A DNA stretch of 64,000 nucleotides from Nanobdellota archaeon. Lineage in GTDB: Archaea > Nanobdellota > Nanobdellia > Pacearchaeales > GW2011-AR1. The notes beneath the pieces were generated by a model, which made no database searches, was not told the DNA's origin, and was given only the letters and a program-made list of their open reading frames with translations. Shown one piece after another: positions 33,277 through 41,878 of the stretch. The stretch covers positions 6,497 through 70,496 of the forward strand of contig JBBSXN010000003.1 of the NCBI GenBank assembly GCA_038045765.1. Reading direction: 5' to 3'. How positions within the stretch are numbered: position 1 is the stretch's first letter; every line of letters starts with the position of its first letter. The position numbers were made by a program, and so were the translations under genes.

Positions 33277-33394
33277 GTGATGCTAAGGGCTGACTTGGGG
33301 CTACCAACCCCCTTATATTCGCTCGTTTGTCACGCTTGTTTCTCAAAACCCTGTGCGGGTTGACCTCTTTCTCCCGCACAGGATTTCATCTTTT
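33277..33394 (+). ncRNA. Candidate ~115-nt GC-rich RNA, or a leader with a 27-30 codon micro-ORF, upstream of purL
   Basis: TATA-like CTTAAATA at 33248. Hairpins gggg-ctaccaa-cccc (33297-33311) and cctgtgcggg-13 nt-cccgcacagg (33350-33382). TTTT at 33391-33394. Alternative ORF ATG 33271 or 33280 to TGA 33363. Confidence 0.35.
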
Positions 33395-33473
33395 AATATG
33401 AAACTAATTATCTTATTGATAACATATTTTTAACTACTTGTGTTTAATGAAAAATTTTTAGAAAGGTATTTTA

Positions 33474-36400
33474 ATGGAGTTACTTAACTTTTTCATGCCC
33501 ACAAGATTTGAAGTAGTATCTAATACGAATGATGCGAGAGCGAATGTAATTTTAGATAAGCTTCATAGCTCTGGTTTTAGTCAAGTTAAAGGAGTTAGTT
33601 TGGCTGATGTTTATACTGTTGATGTAGAGGATAATGTTCAAGGATTAGATAATTTTAGAAAGACATTATTTAATCCTGTTTCTCAAAGAGCAGGAGTAAA
33701 TGGAAGTGGTGCTCCTGAAGGATTTGACTATGCTGTTGATATAGGGGGTTTGCCAGGAGTAACTGATAATGTTGGAAGAACTGCTAGAGAAGGGCTTGAA
33801 CATGTTCTCGGAGAGAGTGTTCCTGGGCAAGGAGTTTTTACTTCTAGAACTTTTTATTTAACTGGAAAGGAATTAAATGAGGAAAGTGCTAAGAGTATAG
33901 GTCTAACTTTAAGTAATCCAGTTATTCAGAGAGTACATGTAAAATCTGCTGATGATTTTAAGAGAGACGGAGGAATGGATTTAATTGTTCCGAGAGTTAA
34001 TTTGACTGAGAGACCTAGAGCAGATGTTGTTGATTTAATTGGAGCTAATAGTGAAGAGTTGGTAAGAATAGGAAAGCAAGGAATAGCTAATGCTGATGGA
34101 AGTAGAAGAGGACCTTTAGCAATGGATTTGACTTATATGAAAGCAGTTCAGGATTATTCTAGAAAGATAGGGCGTAATTTAAGAGACATAGAATTGGAAG
34201 CAGTTGCACAAAGTTGGAGCGAACATTGTGAACATACTATATTTAATGATCCTATAGACGATATTAAAGAAGGTTTGTTTAAGAGATTTATTAGAGGAGC
34301 AACTGAAGAAATAATTGATATGAAGAGTGCTAGAGGGGAAAAGACAGATTGTGTTTCTTTGTTCAGCGATAACTCGGGTGCTTTTGTTTTTGATGATAAA
34401 TGGCTTATAACTGATAAAAAAGAAACTCATAACTCTCCAAGTGCTCTTGATCCATTTGGAGGAGCTATTACTGGACTAGTTGGAGTTTTCAGAGATGCTC
34501 TTGGATTTGGAATGGGTGCTAAGCCCGTTGCAGGTGGATATGGATTTTGTTTAGGTAATTCATTAGATGATAGAATATTATTTAGAGATGCAAATAAACA
34601 GCAACCTTTGCTTTCTCCAAGAAGAATTATGGATGGAGTTATAGAAGGTGTAAATGCTGGAGGAAATCAATCAGGAGTTCCTACTCCTCAAGGTTATGTT
34701 TATTTTGATGATGATTTTAGAGGAAAGCCATTAGTTTTTGTTAGAACAATTGGATTAATACCAAGAAGAATTGAAGGAGAGAAAAGTTGGGAAAAGAAAG
34801 CAAATGATGGAAATTATATAGTTGTTATTGGTGGAAGAGTTGGCTTAGATGGTATACACGGTGCTACATTTTCTTCTGAGTCTTTAAGTTCTGGAAGTCC
34901 TGCTACTGCTGTGCAGATTGGAGATCCAATTACTCAGAGAAAATTATGGGATGCTATGTTGGAAGCAAGAGATAAGAGACTGTATAGTAGTGTTACTGAT
35001 AATGGGGCTGGAGGTTTATCTTGTTCTGTTAATGAGATGGCTAGTGAATCTGGAGGATGTGTTGTTTATCTTGATAAAGTTCCAACAAAATATCCTGGAA
35101 TGCAACCGTGGCAAATTTTAGTTTCTGAATCTCAAGAGAGAATGACTCTTTCTGTTCCTAAAGAAAATTGGAATGAGTTTTCAAGTTTAATGCAAAGAAG
35201 GGATGTGGAAGCAAGTGTAATTGGAGAATTTACAGATAATGGAAAATCTATTGTTCAATATGGTGGAGAGACTATATGTGATTTGGATTTAGACTTTTTA
35301 CATAATGGAAGACCTGCTAGACCTATGACTAGCAAGTTTGAGAGAAAAATAAATGAAGAACCTAACTTTGCTGTTCCTAATAATTTGAATGTGACTTTAG
35401 AACAAATGTTAGCAAGACCTAATGTGGCTAGTTTTGAATTTATTTCTAGACAATTTGATCACGAAGTTCAGGATGGTTCTGTTGTCAAGCCTTTGCAAGG
35501 TAAAGGAAGAGTTAATGGGGATGCTAGTGTTTTTAGACCAGTTTTAGATTCAGAGAAAGGAGTTGCTGTTTCACAAGCAATACACCCTAATTATAGTAGA
35601 ATAGACACTTATCACATGGCTAGTTGTTCTCTTGATAGTGCTGTAGGAAATTTAGTTGCTGTTGGTGCTAATCCTAAAGATATTAAGTTGATGGATAATT
35701 TCTGTTGGTCTAGTTCAAATGATCCACAAAGGTTAGGAGAATTAAAGAGAGCGTGTCAAGCTTTATATCAAGGAGCAGTTGCTTATGAAACTCCATTCAT
35801 ATCTGGAAAAGACAGTATGTTTAATGATTTTAATGGATTTGGTTCTGATGGAAATCCAATTAAAATATCTGCTCCTCCTACTGTCGATATTTCTTCTATT
35901 GCCGTTATACCTGATTCTAAGAAAGCAGTAACTTTGGATGCTAAATTCTCTGGAGACTTAGTTTATGTTATAGGAGACACATATAATGAATTAGGTGGAT
36001 CTGAATATTTTGCAATGGTTGGAGAGCAAGAAAGAGGTCAAAAATATATTGGAAATAATGTTCCTTCTGTTGATTTATCAAATAATGCTAGAGTTTATTC
36101 TGCTTTACATAGTGCTATGGATCAAGAATTGGTAGCGTCTTCGATTTATTTAGGAAGAGGAGGACTTGGAGTAGGATTGGCTAAAACTGCTATTGCAGGT
36201 GGTTTAGGTATGGATGTTGATATAAGCGATTTACCTGGTAAAAATTTAAGACCCGATTACGCATTGTTTTCACAAAGTCAAGGAAGGTTTGTTGTGACTG
36301 TTAACCCTAATAATAGAGAAAACTTTGAGAGAGCGATGGCTGGAACTTCTTATGCTCAGATTGGTAAAATAACTGATTGTACAAGAGAATTGTCTATAAG

Positions 36401-36479
36401 TCTTGGTGGAAGAAAAATTGTTGATACTCCTGTGGAAAATTTAACTAAATCTTATAAGTCTACTTTTAGAGGTTACTAA
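33474..36479 (+). CDS. purL: FGAM synthase, PurSL-type (PurL core with N-terminal PurS-like and linker domains)
   Basis: The SWSEHCEHTIFN motif appears only at about residue 249, versus about residue 50 in short PurL. Also present: ETHNSPSALDPFGGA, VIGGRVGLDGIHGATFSS, DNGAGGLS, SESQERM, SGKDSM. 1001 aa. Confidence 0.85.
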   Translation: MELLNFFMPTRFEVVSNTNDARANVILDKLHSSGFSQVKGVSLADVYTVDVEDNVQGLDNFRKTLFNPVSQRAGVNGSGAPEGFDYAVDIGGLPGVTDNVGRTAREGLEHVLGESVPGQGVFTSRTFYLTGKELNEESAKSIGLTLSNPVIQRVHVKSADDFKRDGGMDLIVPRVNLTERPRADVVDLIGANSEELVRIGKQGIANADGSRRGPLAMDLTYMKAVQDYSRKIGRNLRDIELEAVAQSWSEHCEHTIFNDPIDDIKEGLFKRFIRGATEEIIDMKSARGEKTDCVSLFSDNSGAFVFDDKWLITDKKETHNSPSALDPFGGAITGLVGVFRDALGFGMGAKPVAGGYGFCLGNSLDDRILFRDANKQQPLLSPRRIMDGVIEGVNAGGNQSGVPTPQGYVYFDDDFRGKPLVFVRTIGLIPRRIEGEKSWEKKANDGNYIVVIGGRVGLDGIHGATFSSESLSSGSPATAVQIGDPITQRKLWDAMLEARDKRLYSSVTDNGAGGLSCSVNEMASESGGCVVYLDKVPTKYPGMQPWQILVSESQERMTLSVPKENWNEFSSLMQRRDVEASVIGEFTDNGKSIVQYGGETICDLDLDFLHNGRPARPMTSKFERKINEEPNFAVPNNLNVTLEQMLARPNVASFEFISRQFDHEVQDGSVVKPLQGKGRVNGDASVFRPVLDSEKGVAVSQAIHPNYSRIDTYHMASCSLDSAVGNLVAVGANPKDIKLMDNFCWSSSNDPQRLGELKRACQALYQGAVAYETPFISGKDSMFNDFNGFGSDGNPIKISAPPTVDISSIAVIPDSKKAVTLDAKFSGDLVYVIGDTYNELGGSEYFAMVGEQERGQKYIGNNVPSVDLSNNARVYSALHSAMDQELVASSIYLGRGGLGVGLAKTAIAGGLGMDVDISDLPGKNLRPDYALFSQSQGRFVVTVNPNNRENFERAMAGTSYAQIGKITDCTRELSISLGGRKIVDTPVENLTKSYKSTFRGY

Positions 36480-37276
36480 TGGCAATTCCAAGAGTTTTAG
36501 TTTTGAAAGAGCATGGAACTAATTGTGAAGAAGGTTCTAAATATGCTTTTGAGAAAGCTGGAGCTAGAGCAGATATTGTTCATATGAATGATTTACTTGC
36601 AAATCCAAAATTAATGGGAGATTATCAAATTATGATGTTTTCTGGAGGATTTTCTCATGGAGATGATACTGGTTCAGGACTAGCTTGGGCTAATAGAATG
36701 AGAAGAGTTATGGATGAAGTTCAAGATTTTGTTTTAGATGATAAATTAGTTTTAGGAGTTTGCAATGGTTTTCAGACTTTAGTTAATATGGGTTTATTAC
36801 CTGCTATAAATGAAAGATATGGGGAAGCCCAAGCCGCTTTATTACATAATGATTCTGCAAGATATGATTGTAGATGGGTTGATTTATCTTTGTCTGATAA
36901 AAGCCCATGGACAAAAGGAATAGGACGAATAAGTTTGCCTATTGCTCATGGGGAAGGAAAGTTTTATGCTCCTCCAGAAATTATGGGTGAAATAAAAAGA
37001 AAAGGATTAGATGTTGCTAAATATGTTCCTGGAGAAATTTCTCGTTCTCAAGGTCTAGATTATAATCCTAATGGTTCTTTGGAAGATATAGCAGGTATCT
37101 GTGATGTGTCTGGAAGAGTATTTGGATTAATGCCTCATCCTGAAAGAGCAATTGATTTTACACAAAGACCTGACTGGACTTTATTAAAAGAAGGTTATAG
37201 GAGAGAAGGAAAAGAAGTTCCTAGAGAAGGAGAGGGTATGAAGATATTTAAAAACGGAGTTAAATACTTTAATTGA
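36479..37276 (+). CDS. purQ: FGAM synthase glutaminase subunit PurQ
   Basis: GVCNGFQ (nucleophile Cys), IAHGEGKF, MPHPER. The ATG overlaps the purL stop codon. Confidence 0.9.
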   Translation: MAIPRVLVLKEHGTNCEEGSKYAFEKAGARADIVHMNDLLANPKLMGDYQIMMFSGGFSHGDDTGSGLAWANRMRRVMDEVQDFVLDDKLVLGVCNGFQTLVNMGLLPAINERYGEAQAALLHNDSARYDCRWVDLSLSDKSPWTKGIGRISLPIAHGEGKFYAPPEIMGEIKRKGLDVAKYVPGEISRSQGLDYNPNGSLEDIAGICDVSGRVFGLMPHPERAIDFTQRPDWTLLKEGYRREGKEVPREGEGMKIFKNGVKYFN

Positions 37277-37277
37277 T

Positions 37278-38078
37278 ATGGAAGATAATGCAGTTATTCC
37301 TTTGCATGATGCTAGAACCGGAGTCATGAGAACAGTTGCTTTTATGTCTGGAAAAGGTTCGAATATAGTAAAATTGCTTGATGTTCAGAAAGCTATGAAT
37401 GCAAGTGGCGGATGTCCTTATGAGATAGTTGGATTGTTTAGTGATACTGAACAAAGTAATGCTCGTATAATTGCTGGAGAGTTTGACTTACCTGTTTTTG
37501 TAAATGATTTGGAAGCTTTTTGTGCTAAATATGAAAGGCCTGTAAAGGATATGGAAACGAGAGCTCTTTATGATTCGATAACAAGGAGAACTTTGCATCA
37601 TCTTGATGCTCATGCAATTGTTCTTGGAGGTTATATGAGAAAGATTACCCAGCCTTTGCTTAGTAATTACATATGTGTTAATGTTCATCCTGCTGATTTG
37701 TCTAAAGTTAATGCAGATGGAAAGAGAATTTATACAGGAGATAAAGCGGTTGCAAAAGCCTTATTTGCTGGAGAAAGAGAATTAAGATCAACAGTGCATT
37801 TAGTAAATAAAGATGTTGATCAAGGACCAATTTTAATGATTTCGGATGCTGTTCAAGTGAATGAATCTGTTTCTGCTCTTTCTGATGAAGGTTTTCTTGC
37901 TGAGAGAGCAAAGCATTATCAGGATTTGTTGAAAGAGAGAGGAGATTTAGTTATATTTCCTAAAACTTTGGTCAATATTGCTAGAGGAAGATACGGTTTA
38001 GATATGGAAGGAAGACTATATTTTCTTGGTAATTTAGCTCCAAAAGGAATAAATCCTAGATTAGAAGTAATTCCATAG
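37278..38078 (+). CDS. Formyltransferase, PurN-like (GAR transformylase family) with terminal extensions
   Basis: VAFMSGKGSNI; NVHPADL; HLVNKDVDQGPIL. 266 aa, versus about 200 for a typical PurN. Confidence 0.6.
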   Translation: MEDNAVIPLHDARTGVMRTVAFMSGKGSNIVKLLDVQKAMNASGGCPYEIVGLFSDTEQSNARIIAGEFDLPVFVNDLEAFCAKYERPVKDMETRALYDSITRRTLHHLDAHAIVLGGYMRKITQPLLSNYICVNVHPADLSKVNADGKRIYTGDKAVAKALFAGERELRSTVHLVNKDVDQGPILMISDAVQVNESVSALSDEGFLAERAKHYQDLLKERGDLVIFPKTLVNIARGRYGLDMEGRLYFLGNLAPKGINPRLEVIP

Positions 38079-38093
38079 TTTAAGAGTTAAAAA

Positions 38094-38101
38094 TTTAAAT
38101 A
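38094..38101 (+). promoter_or_regulatory. TATA box TTTAAATA, 29 nt before ATG 38123
   Basis: Exact consensus and spacing. Confidence 0.65.
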
Positions 38102-38122
38102 CCCTAATTTCTTATTTATATT

Positions 38123-38731
38123 ATGCAGGTTAAGAAAAGGCATTTGATAATGTTTATAATGGCTGTTTTATTGATTGGTTTAGCTTTTGCAGGATATAAG
38201 TATATGCCTAAAGATGGTGATATGTTAAGTAACAGCACAAGTATAATAAATAAGTCAAACATGGTAAAAGATAAAATACAAGTAGAATTGGAGACTAATA
38301 TGGGAAATATTGTAATTGAATTGTATTCTGATATGCCTATAACTTCTGGTAATTTTAAGAATCTCACTGAGAAAGGTTTTTATGATGGTATTATATTTCA
38401 TAGAGTAATCGATGGTTTCATGATACAGGGAGGAGATCCTAAAGGAAATGGTATGGGTGGGCCTGGATATAATATTAAAGATGAATTTACTCATGCTGGA
38501 GGGAATAAGAACCTTAGAGGAACAATAAGCATGGCTAATGCAGGTCCAAATACTGGTGGAAGTCAGTTCTTTATCAACTTGAAATATAATGATTTTCTCG
38601 ATACCAAACATCCAGCTTTTGGAATCGTTGTTAAGGGAATGGATGTTGTTGATAAAATAGCTAAAGTTGATGTTGATGGAAATGATAAACCTTATGATAA
38701 AGTCCAGATAATTAAGGCAAGAGTAATTTAA
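38123..38731 (+). CDS. Membrane-anchored cyclophilin-type peptidyl-prolyl isomerase
   Basis: N-terminal TM (LIMFIMAVLLIGLAFAG); FHRVIDGFMIQGGDP; MANAGPNTGGSQFFI. Confidence 0.9.
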   Translation: MQVKKRHLIMFIMAVLLIGLAFAGYKYMPKDGDMLSNSTSIINKSNMVKDKIQVELETNMGNIVIELYSDMPITSGNFKNLTEKGFYDGIIFHRVIDGFMIQGGDPKGNGMGGPGYNIKDEFTHAGGNKNLRGTISMANAGPNTGGSQFFINLKYNDFLDTKHPAFGIVVKGMDVVDKIAKVDVDGNDKPYDKVQIIKARVI

Positions 38732-38925
38732 TGGAGAAAAAAACCTTCTTTTTATTTAGTGGGATTATATTCGTTGTTGCCGGAGTTTCACATCTTTTGA
38801 GGGCATTGTCTTCATGGGATTTATCTGTTGAAGGTTTTGCTATACCTGTTGGGTTCTCTTATCTTGCTGGAATTGCACTTTTGCTTTTAAGTTATCAATC
38901 TTTTAAATTGTATCAGAAGAAATGA
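38731..38925 (+). CDS. Small two-TM membrane protein
   Basis: 64 aa; two hydrophobic helices; the start overlaps the PPIase stop codon. Confidence 0.45.
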   Translation: MEKKTFFLFSGIIFVVAGVSHLLRALSSWDLSVEGFAIPVGFSYLAGIALLLLSYQSFKLYQKK

Positions 38926-40746
38926 TTACTTCTTTTTATAAAGTAGAACAAAAAGTAATAAACATAATAGTATAATGAGCAATAGTAATGTAGTTGGTAA
39001 GATCCAGATCAAGTTAATGCTATTACCTTTCTTATTTGCTACATTATTGCTTGTGGTATCTTCATACTCTGTGTAATCTACCGGAGCTTTTTTATCTTGA
39101 GGTGTTAAATCTGGGAATTTCTTATTGTTTGTTGTAGGAACATTTCCATTGTTATTTCCATTGTTATTTCCTCCATTACCTCCTCCGCCTGAACCTCCAG
39201 ATGTTGTTGTGTTAATTGTAAAGGTAATTGTTGAGGTTATTGTAAAGCTAGGATTACTTGCTCTTACTGTTAAATTGTATGAACCATTTACAAGTCCTGT
39301 TAAAAATACTGGGCTTGTATATATGAAAGTTTGATTATTTAATGTGTAGTTTATTGAAGTTGCGTTTGGACTTGATATGTTCAATAAAACTGAAGTTGCG
39401 TTGTATGATGTGTTGTTTAATGGAGAACTTATTGTGATTGTAGGTATTCCATAAACTACTGAACTATTTATTGCGAATGTAACTGATGAAGTAGTTGTTC
39501 CTAACGCATTTACTGCTGAAGCTAAGAGTGTGTGTGAGCCAGGTAATAATGTTACATTTACTGGAGAGGTGTAATTTATGTTAGCTCCTGAATCTAAGGA
39601 ATAGAATACTTGTGTTGCATTTGCTGTTGAAAGTGAAATTAGAACTGCAGGAGTGTTGTATGTTATGTTTAAAGGAGATAATATCGATATTGTAGGGAGA
39701 GTTTGATTTGCTGTTAGTGGCAATGTAGAAGTTGTGCTTGTGACAGCTGTTGTATTTATATTTCCTGAATTGTCTTTTGTTAAAACTGATAATGTATAAG
39801 TTGTGTTTGAAATCAAACCAGTAGCTGTATAAAATGGACTAGATGTGTTTAGAACATTTACTCCATTTAATGATATTATAGATTGATTGAAGTCTGAATT
39901 TGATGGATTTGTCCAATTCCAAGTTATTGTTGTTAGGTTTCTATTTGTAGCTGATAAACTAGATATTGTTGAAGGTGGAGTTGTATCTACTGGAGTTGTT
40001 GCAGTTATTGTGAAGTTAGATATTTGATTTGTAGTTGGAAGAGTATTTACACATAAATCATTATTTGTTGTTGAAGATACACTCAATGTATGATTTCCTG
40101 CTGGTAGTGTGAAGTTGAATTGTGCAACTCTAGAACTTGAGAACGGCACAGAGAGAGTTTTTGTTTGAGTTGTTCCATTTGCTGTTGCAGTTACATTAAT
40201 GTCTATGTTGTAATATTGTGATATTTGCGAAGGAATTCCTGCAAGTGGACCTGAGTTATTAATTGGAGAGCTTGTTGAGAGAGTTACTGTTGCATTGTTT
40301 CCATTTACAGTTATAGTGGGTGTAGAAAGAGAAGTTCTACAATCTCTTTGTTTTGTTAAGTAATTTGTGAATGGACCTACTGGATCATTTGCATCTGTTC
40401 CTGCCCAGTTTGCAGATACTTCAAAAGGAATATATCCTTTCTTGTAGAAATAAATACCATATCCGAATGGTGATTGAAGCGTTGTTGAATAGTTTAATAT
40501 TGTATTGTCTGTTGTAACATTGAATTCCCCATTGTATAGTATGCCTTGAGTTGTTGAACAAGTTGCATCATTACATATTACTCCAAATATTGATACGCCG
40601 GTTACAGGAGTTGAAGTAGCAATTAAGTTTCCAGATGCATCTATTTCTGCATATCTGAATATATTGCTTTCAAATCTTTCTGCAATTACAAATGTAGATA
40701 ATAAAATAAGTGCTAAAATTGTTAAAATTATAAATTGATTTTTCAT
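38926..40746 (-). CDS. Secreted, C-terminally anchored surface protein with FN3-like module (paralogue of 1573..2763)
   Basis: Start set at MKNQFIILTILALILLSTFVIA (signal peptide). The track's 26-codon N-terminal extension overlaps the upstream gene. TTPPSTISSL..ITWNWTNPSNSD..YTATGLISNTTYTLSVLTKDNSGNIN; many N-x-S/T sites; C-terminal TM plus KKK. Confidence 0.65.
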   Translation of the reverse strand: MKNQFIILTILALILLSTFVIAERFESNIFRYAEIDASGNLIATSTPVTGVSIFGVICNDATCSTTQGILYNGEFNVTTDNTILNYSTTLQSPFGYGIYFYKKGYIPFEVSANWAGTDANDPVGPFTNYLTKQRDCRTSLSTPTITVNGNNATVTLSTSSPINNSGPLAGIPSQISQYYNIDINVTATANGTTQTKTLSVPFSSSRVAQFNFTLPAGNHTLSVSSTTNNDLCVNTLPTTNQISNFTITATTPVDTTPPSTISSLSATNRNLTTITWNWTNPSNSDFNQSIISLNGVNVLNTSSPFYTATGLISNTTYTLSVLTKDNSGNINTTAVTSTTSTLPLTANQTLPTISILSPLNITYNTPAVLISLSTANATQVFYSLDSGANINYTSPVNVTLLPGSHTLLASAVNALGTTTSSVTFAINSSVVYGIPTITISSPLNNTSYNATSVLLNISSPNATSINYTLNNQTFIYTSPVFLTGLVNGSYNLTVRASNPSFTITSTITFTINTTTSGGSGGGGNGGNNNGNNNGNVPTTNNKKFPDLTPQDKKAPVDYTEYEDTTSNNVANKKGNSINLIWILPTTLLLLIILLCLLLFVLLYKKK

Positions 40747-40747
40747 T

Positions 40748-41878
40748 TTATGGTCCTCCTCCAGGAGCTCCAGATCTTCCACCTGAACTTCCAGGCGCTC
40801 CACCAGGACCAGAAGTTCTTCCACCAGAACTAGTTAATATTCCGTTTAGATCATTATTTTCATTCAATGCAGTTCCTATTCTTATTGCTCCTGCTCCCGC
40901 AGCATGTCCTAATAACATTAAACAAGTATTTGCTCCTTCTCTTGAAGTTGTAAATGTTATTTGGTTTGGTTTCAATCCAACTTCAGCATTTGGACCCACA
41001 ATTAGTCCCTTTGCATTATTTACTGAGATTACTGCTGTTCCATATTGATGTGGGAAGACTATAATATCTCCTCTTGCTTTTGCAAGAATATCATATGTTG
41101 CTCCAACTTTCTCTTCTAAATTACCAGCATTAAATGTTTTTTCAACTACTCTTGTATTTGGAGGAAGTTTTCCACCTTGTGAATAATCTATTCCTGAACT
41201 TACCGCTTCAAAACCACCAACTCCAACTGCGCCAGGTATTCCTGCAATAAGGTATCCTATTCCTCCTGCTCCTCCAATCTTTAAAGGAGTTCTAGTATCT
41301 GTTATCTTATGATTTACAGTTAGATTTTTTTCTCCAAATGTTAGAGTTACATTAAATTTGTCAGAAGCTTTTTTATGATTTATAGAATCTTCTTGGTTTA
41401 CAGTTACTTTTACTCCTGCTCTAGTTGGATCTGTTGTATAGTTTTGAAATCCAGAAAATACTGCATCAGATAATTGTCTTCTCGCTGCTTCTGTTGAAGG
41501 TGCTAAATTGAAACTATATGTTTGTGCGCCTGCTGGAATTCTATTTTGAATTGCTCTTAGTGTTCCATATTGAGAATTTAATGGGCTGTCTGTGCTTAAA
41601 GGAGCATAAACTTCCAATTTACCAGAACCGTTGAATATGTGAACATTTCCTGAATAAGAAGGTAATCTATTGTATTGTTTTGCTAATTCTTGTTTTTCTT
41701 CAAAAGACGGTTGTGCTGGTAAATTATATTCAGGTCTTGCTGATGGAGTTGTTAATGCAGTTCTAGCTGTCTTTGATAATCTTGAAGTATCTGCTGATGT
41801 ATATTCGTTCTTAGTTACACAACCAGTTAAAGCGGCAGTTAAACCTGTTAATGCGACTAGCGATCTTAATGATTTCAT
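40748..41878 (-). CDS. Putative lipoprotein with a Gly-zipper-like segment and a Gly/Ser/Pro-rich tail
   Basis: MKSLRSLVALTGLTAALTGC has a classic L-T-G-C lipobox. GGAGGIGYLIAGIPGAVGVGG. Tail GGRTSGPGGAPGSSGGRSGAPGGGP. The stop is 1 nt from the next start. Confidence 0.6.
   Translation of the reverse strand: MKSLRSLVALTGLTAALTGCVTKNEYTSADTSRLSKTARTALTTPSARPEYNLPAQPSFEEKQELAKQYNRLPSYSGNVHIFNGSGKLEVYAPLSTDSPLNSQYGTLRAIQNRIPAGAQTYSFNLAPSTEAARRQLSDAVFSGFQNYTTDPTRAGVKVTVNQEDSINHKKASDKFNVTLTFGEKNLTVNHKITDTRTPLKIGGAGGIGYLIAGIPGAVGVGGFEAVSSGIDYSQGGKLPPNTRVVEKTFNAGNLEEKVGATYDILAKARGDIIVFPHQYGTAVISVNNAKGLIVGPNAEVGLKPNQITFTTSREGANTCLMLLGHAAGAGAIRIGTALNENNDLNGILTSSGGRTSGPGGAPGSSGGRSGAPGGGP

Noticed and set aside
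33248-33473. A known purine-pathway riboswitch (ZTP/pfl, purine/guanine, PRPP) or a C/D-box sRNA upstream of purL.
   Set aside because: The conserved cores as I recall them (the pfl GGGUCGUGACUGG...CCGCCUGGGC; the purine-riboswitch three-way junction with UAUAAU...) are absent. GUGAUGC followed 6 nt later by CUGA is too close for a C/D guide, and no terminal D box is present.
40747-40824. 26-codon N-terminal extension of ORF 38926..40824 (MEELLVLVERLEVQVEDLELLEEDHK).
   Set aside because: It overlaps the Gly/Pro-rich 3' end of the upstream lipoprotein gene in another frame. A perfect signal peptide starts at the internal Met (MKNQFIILTILALILL), 1 nt after the upstream stop codon.
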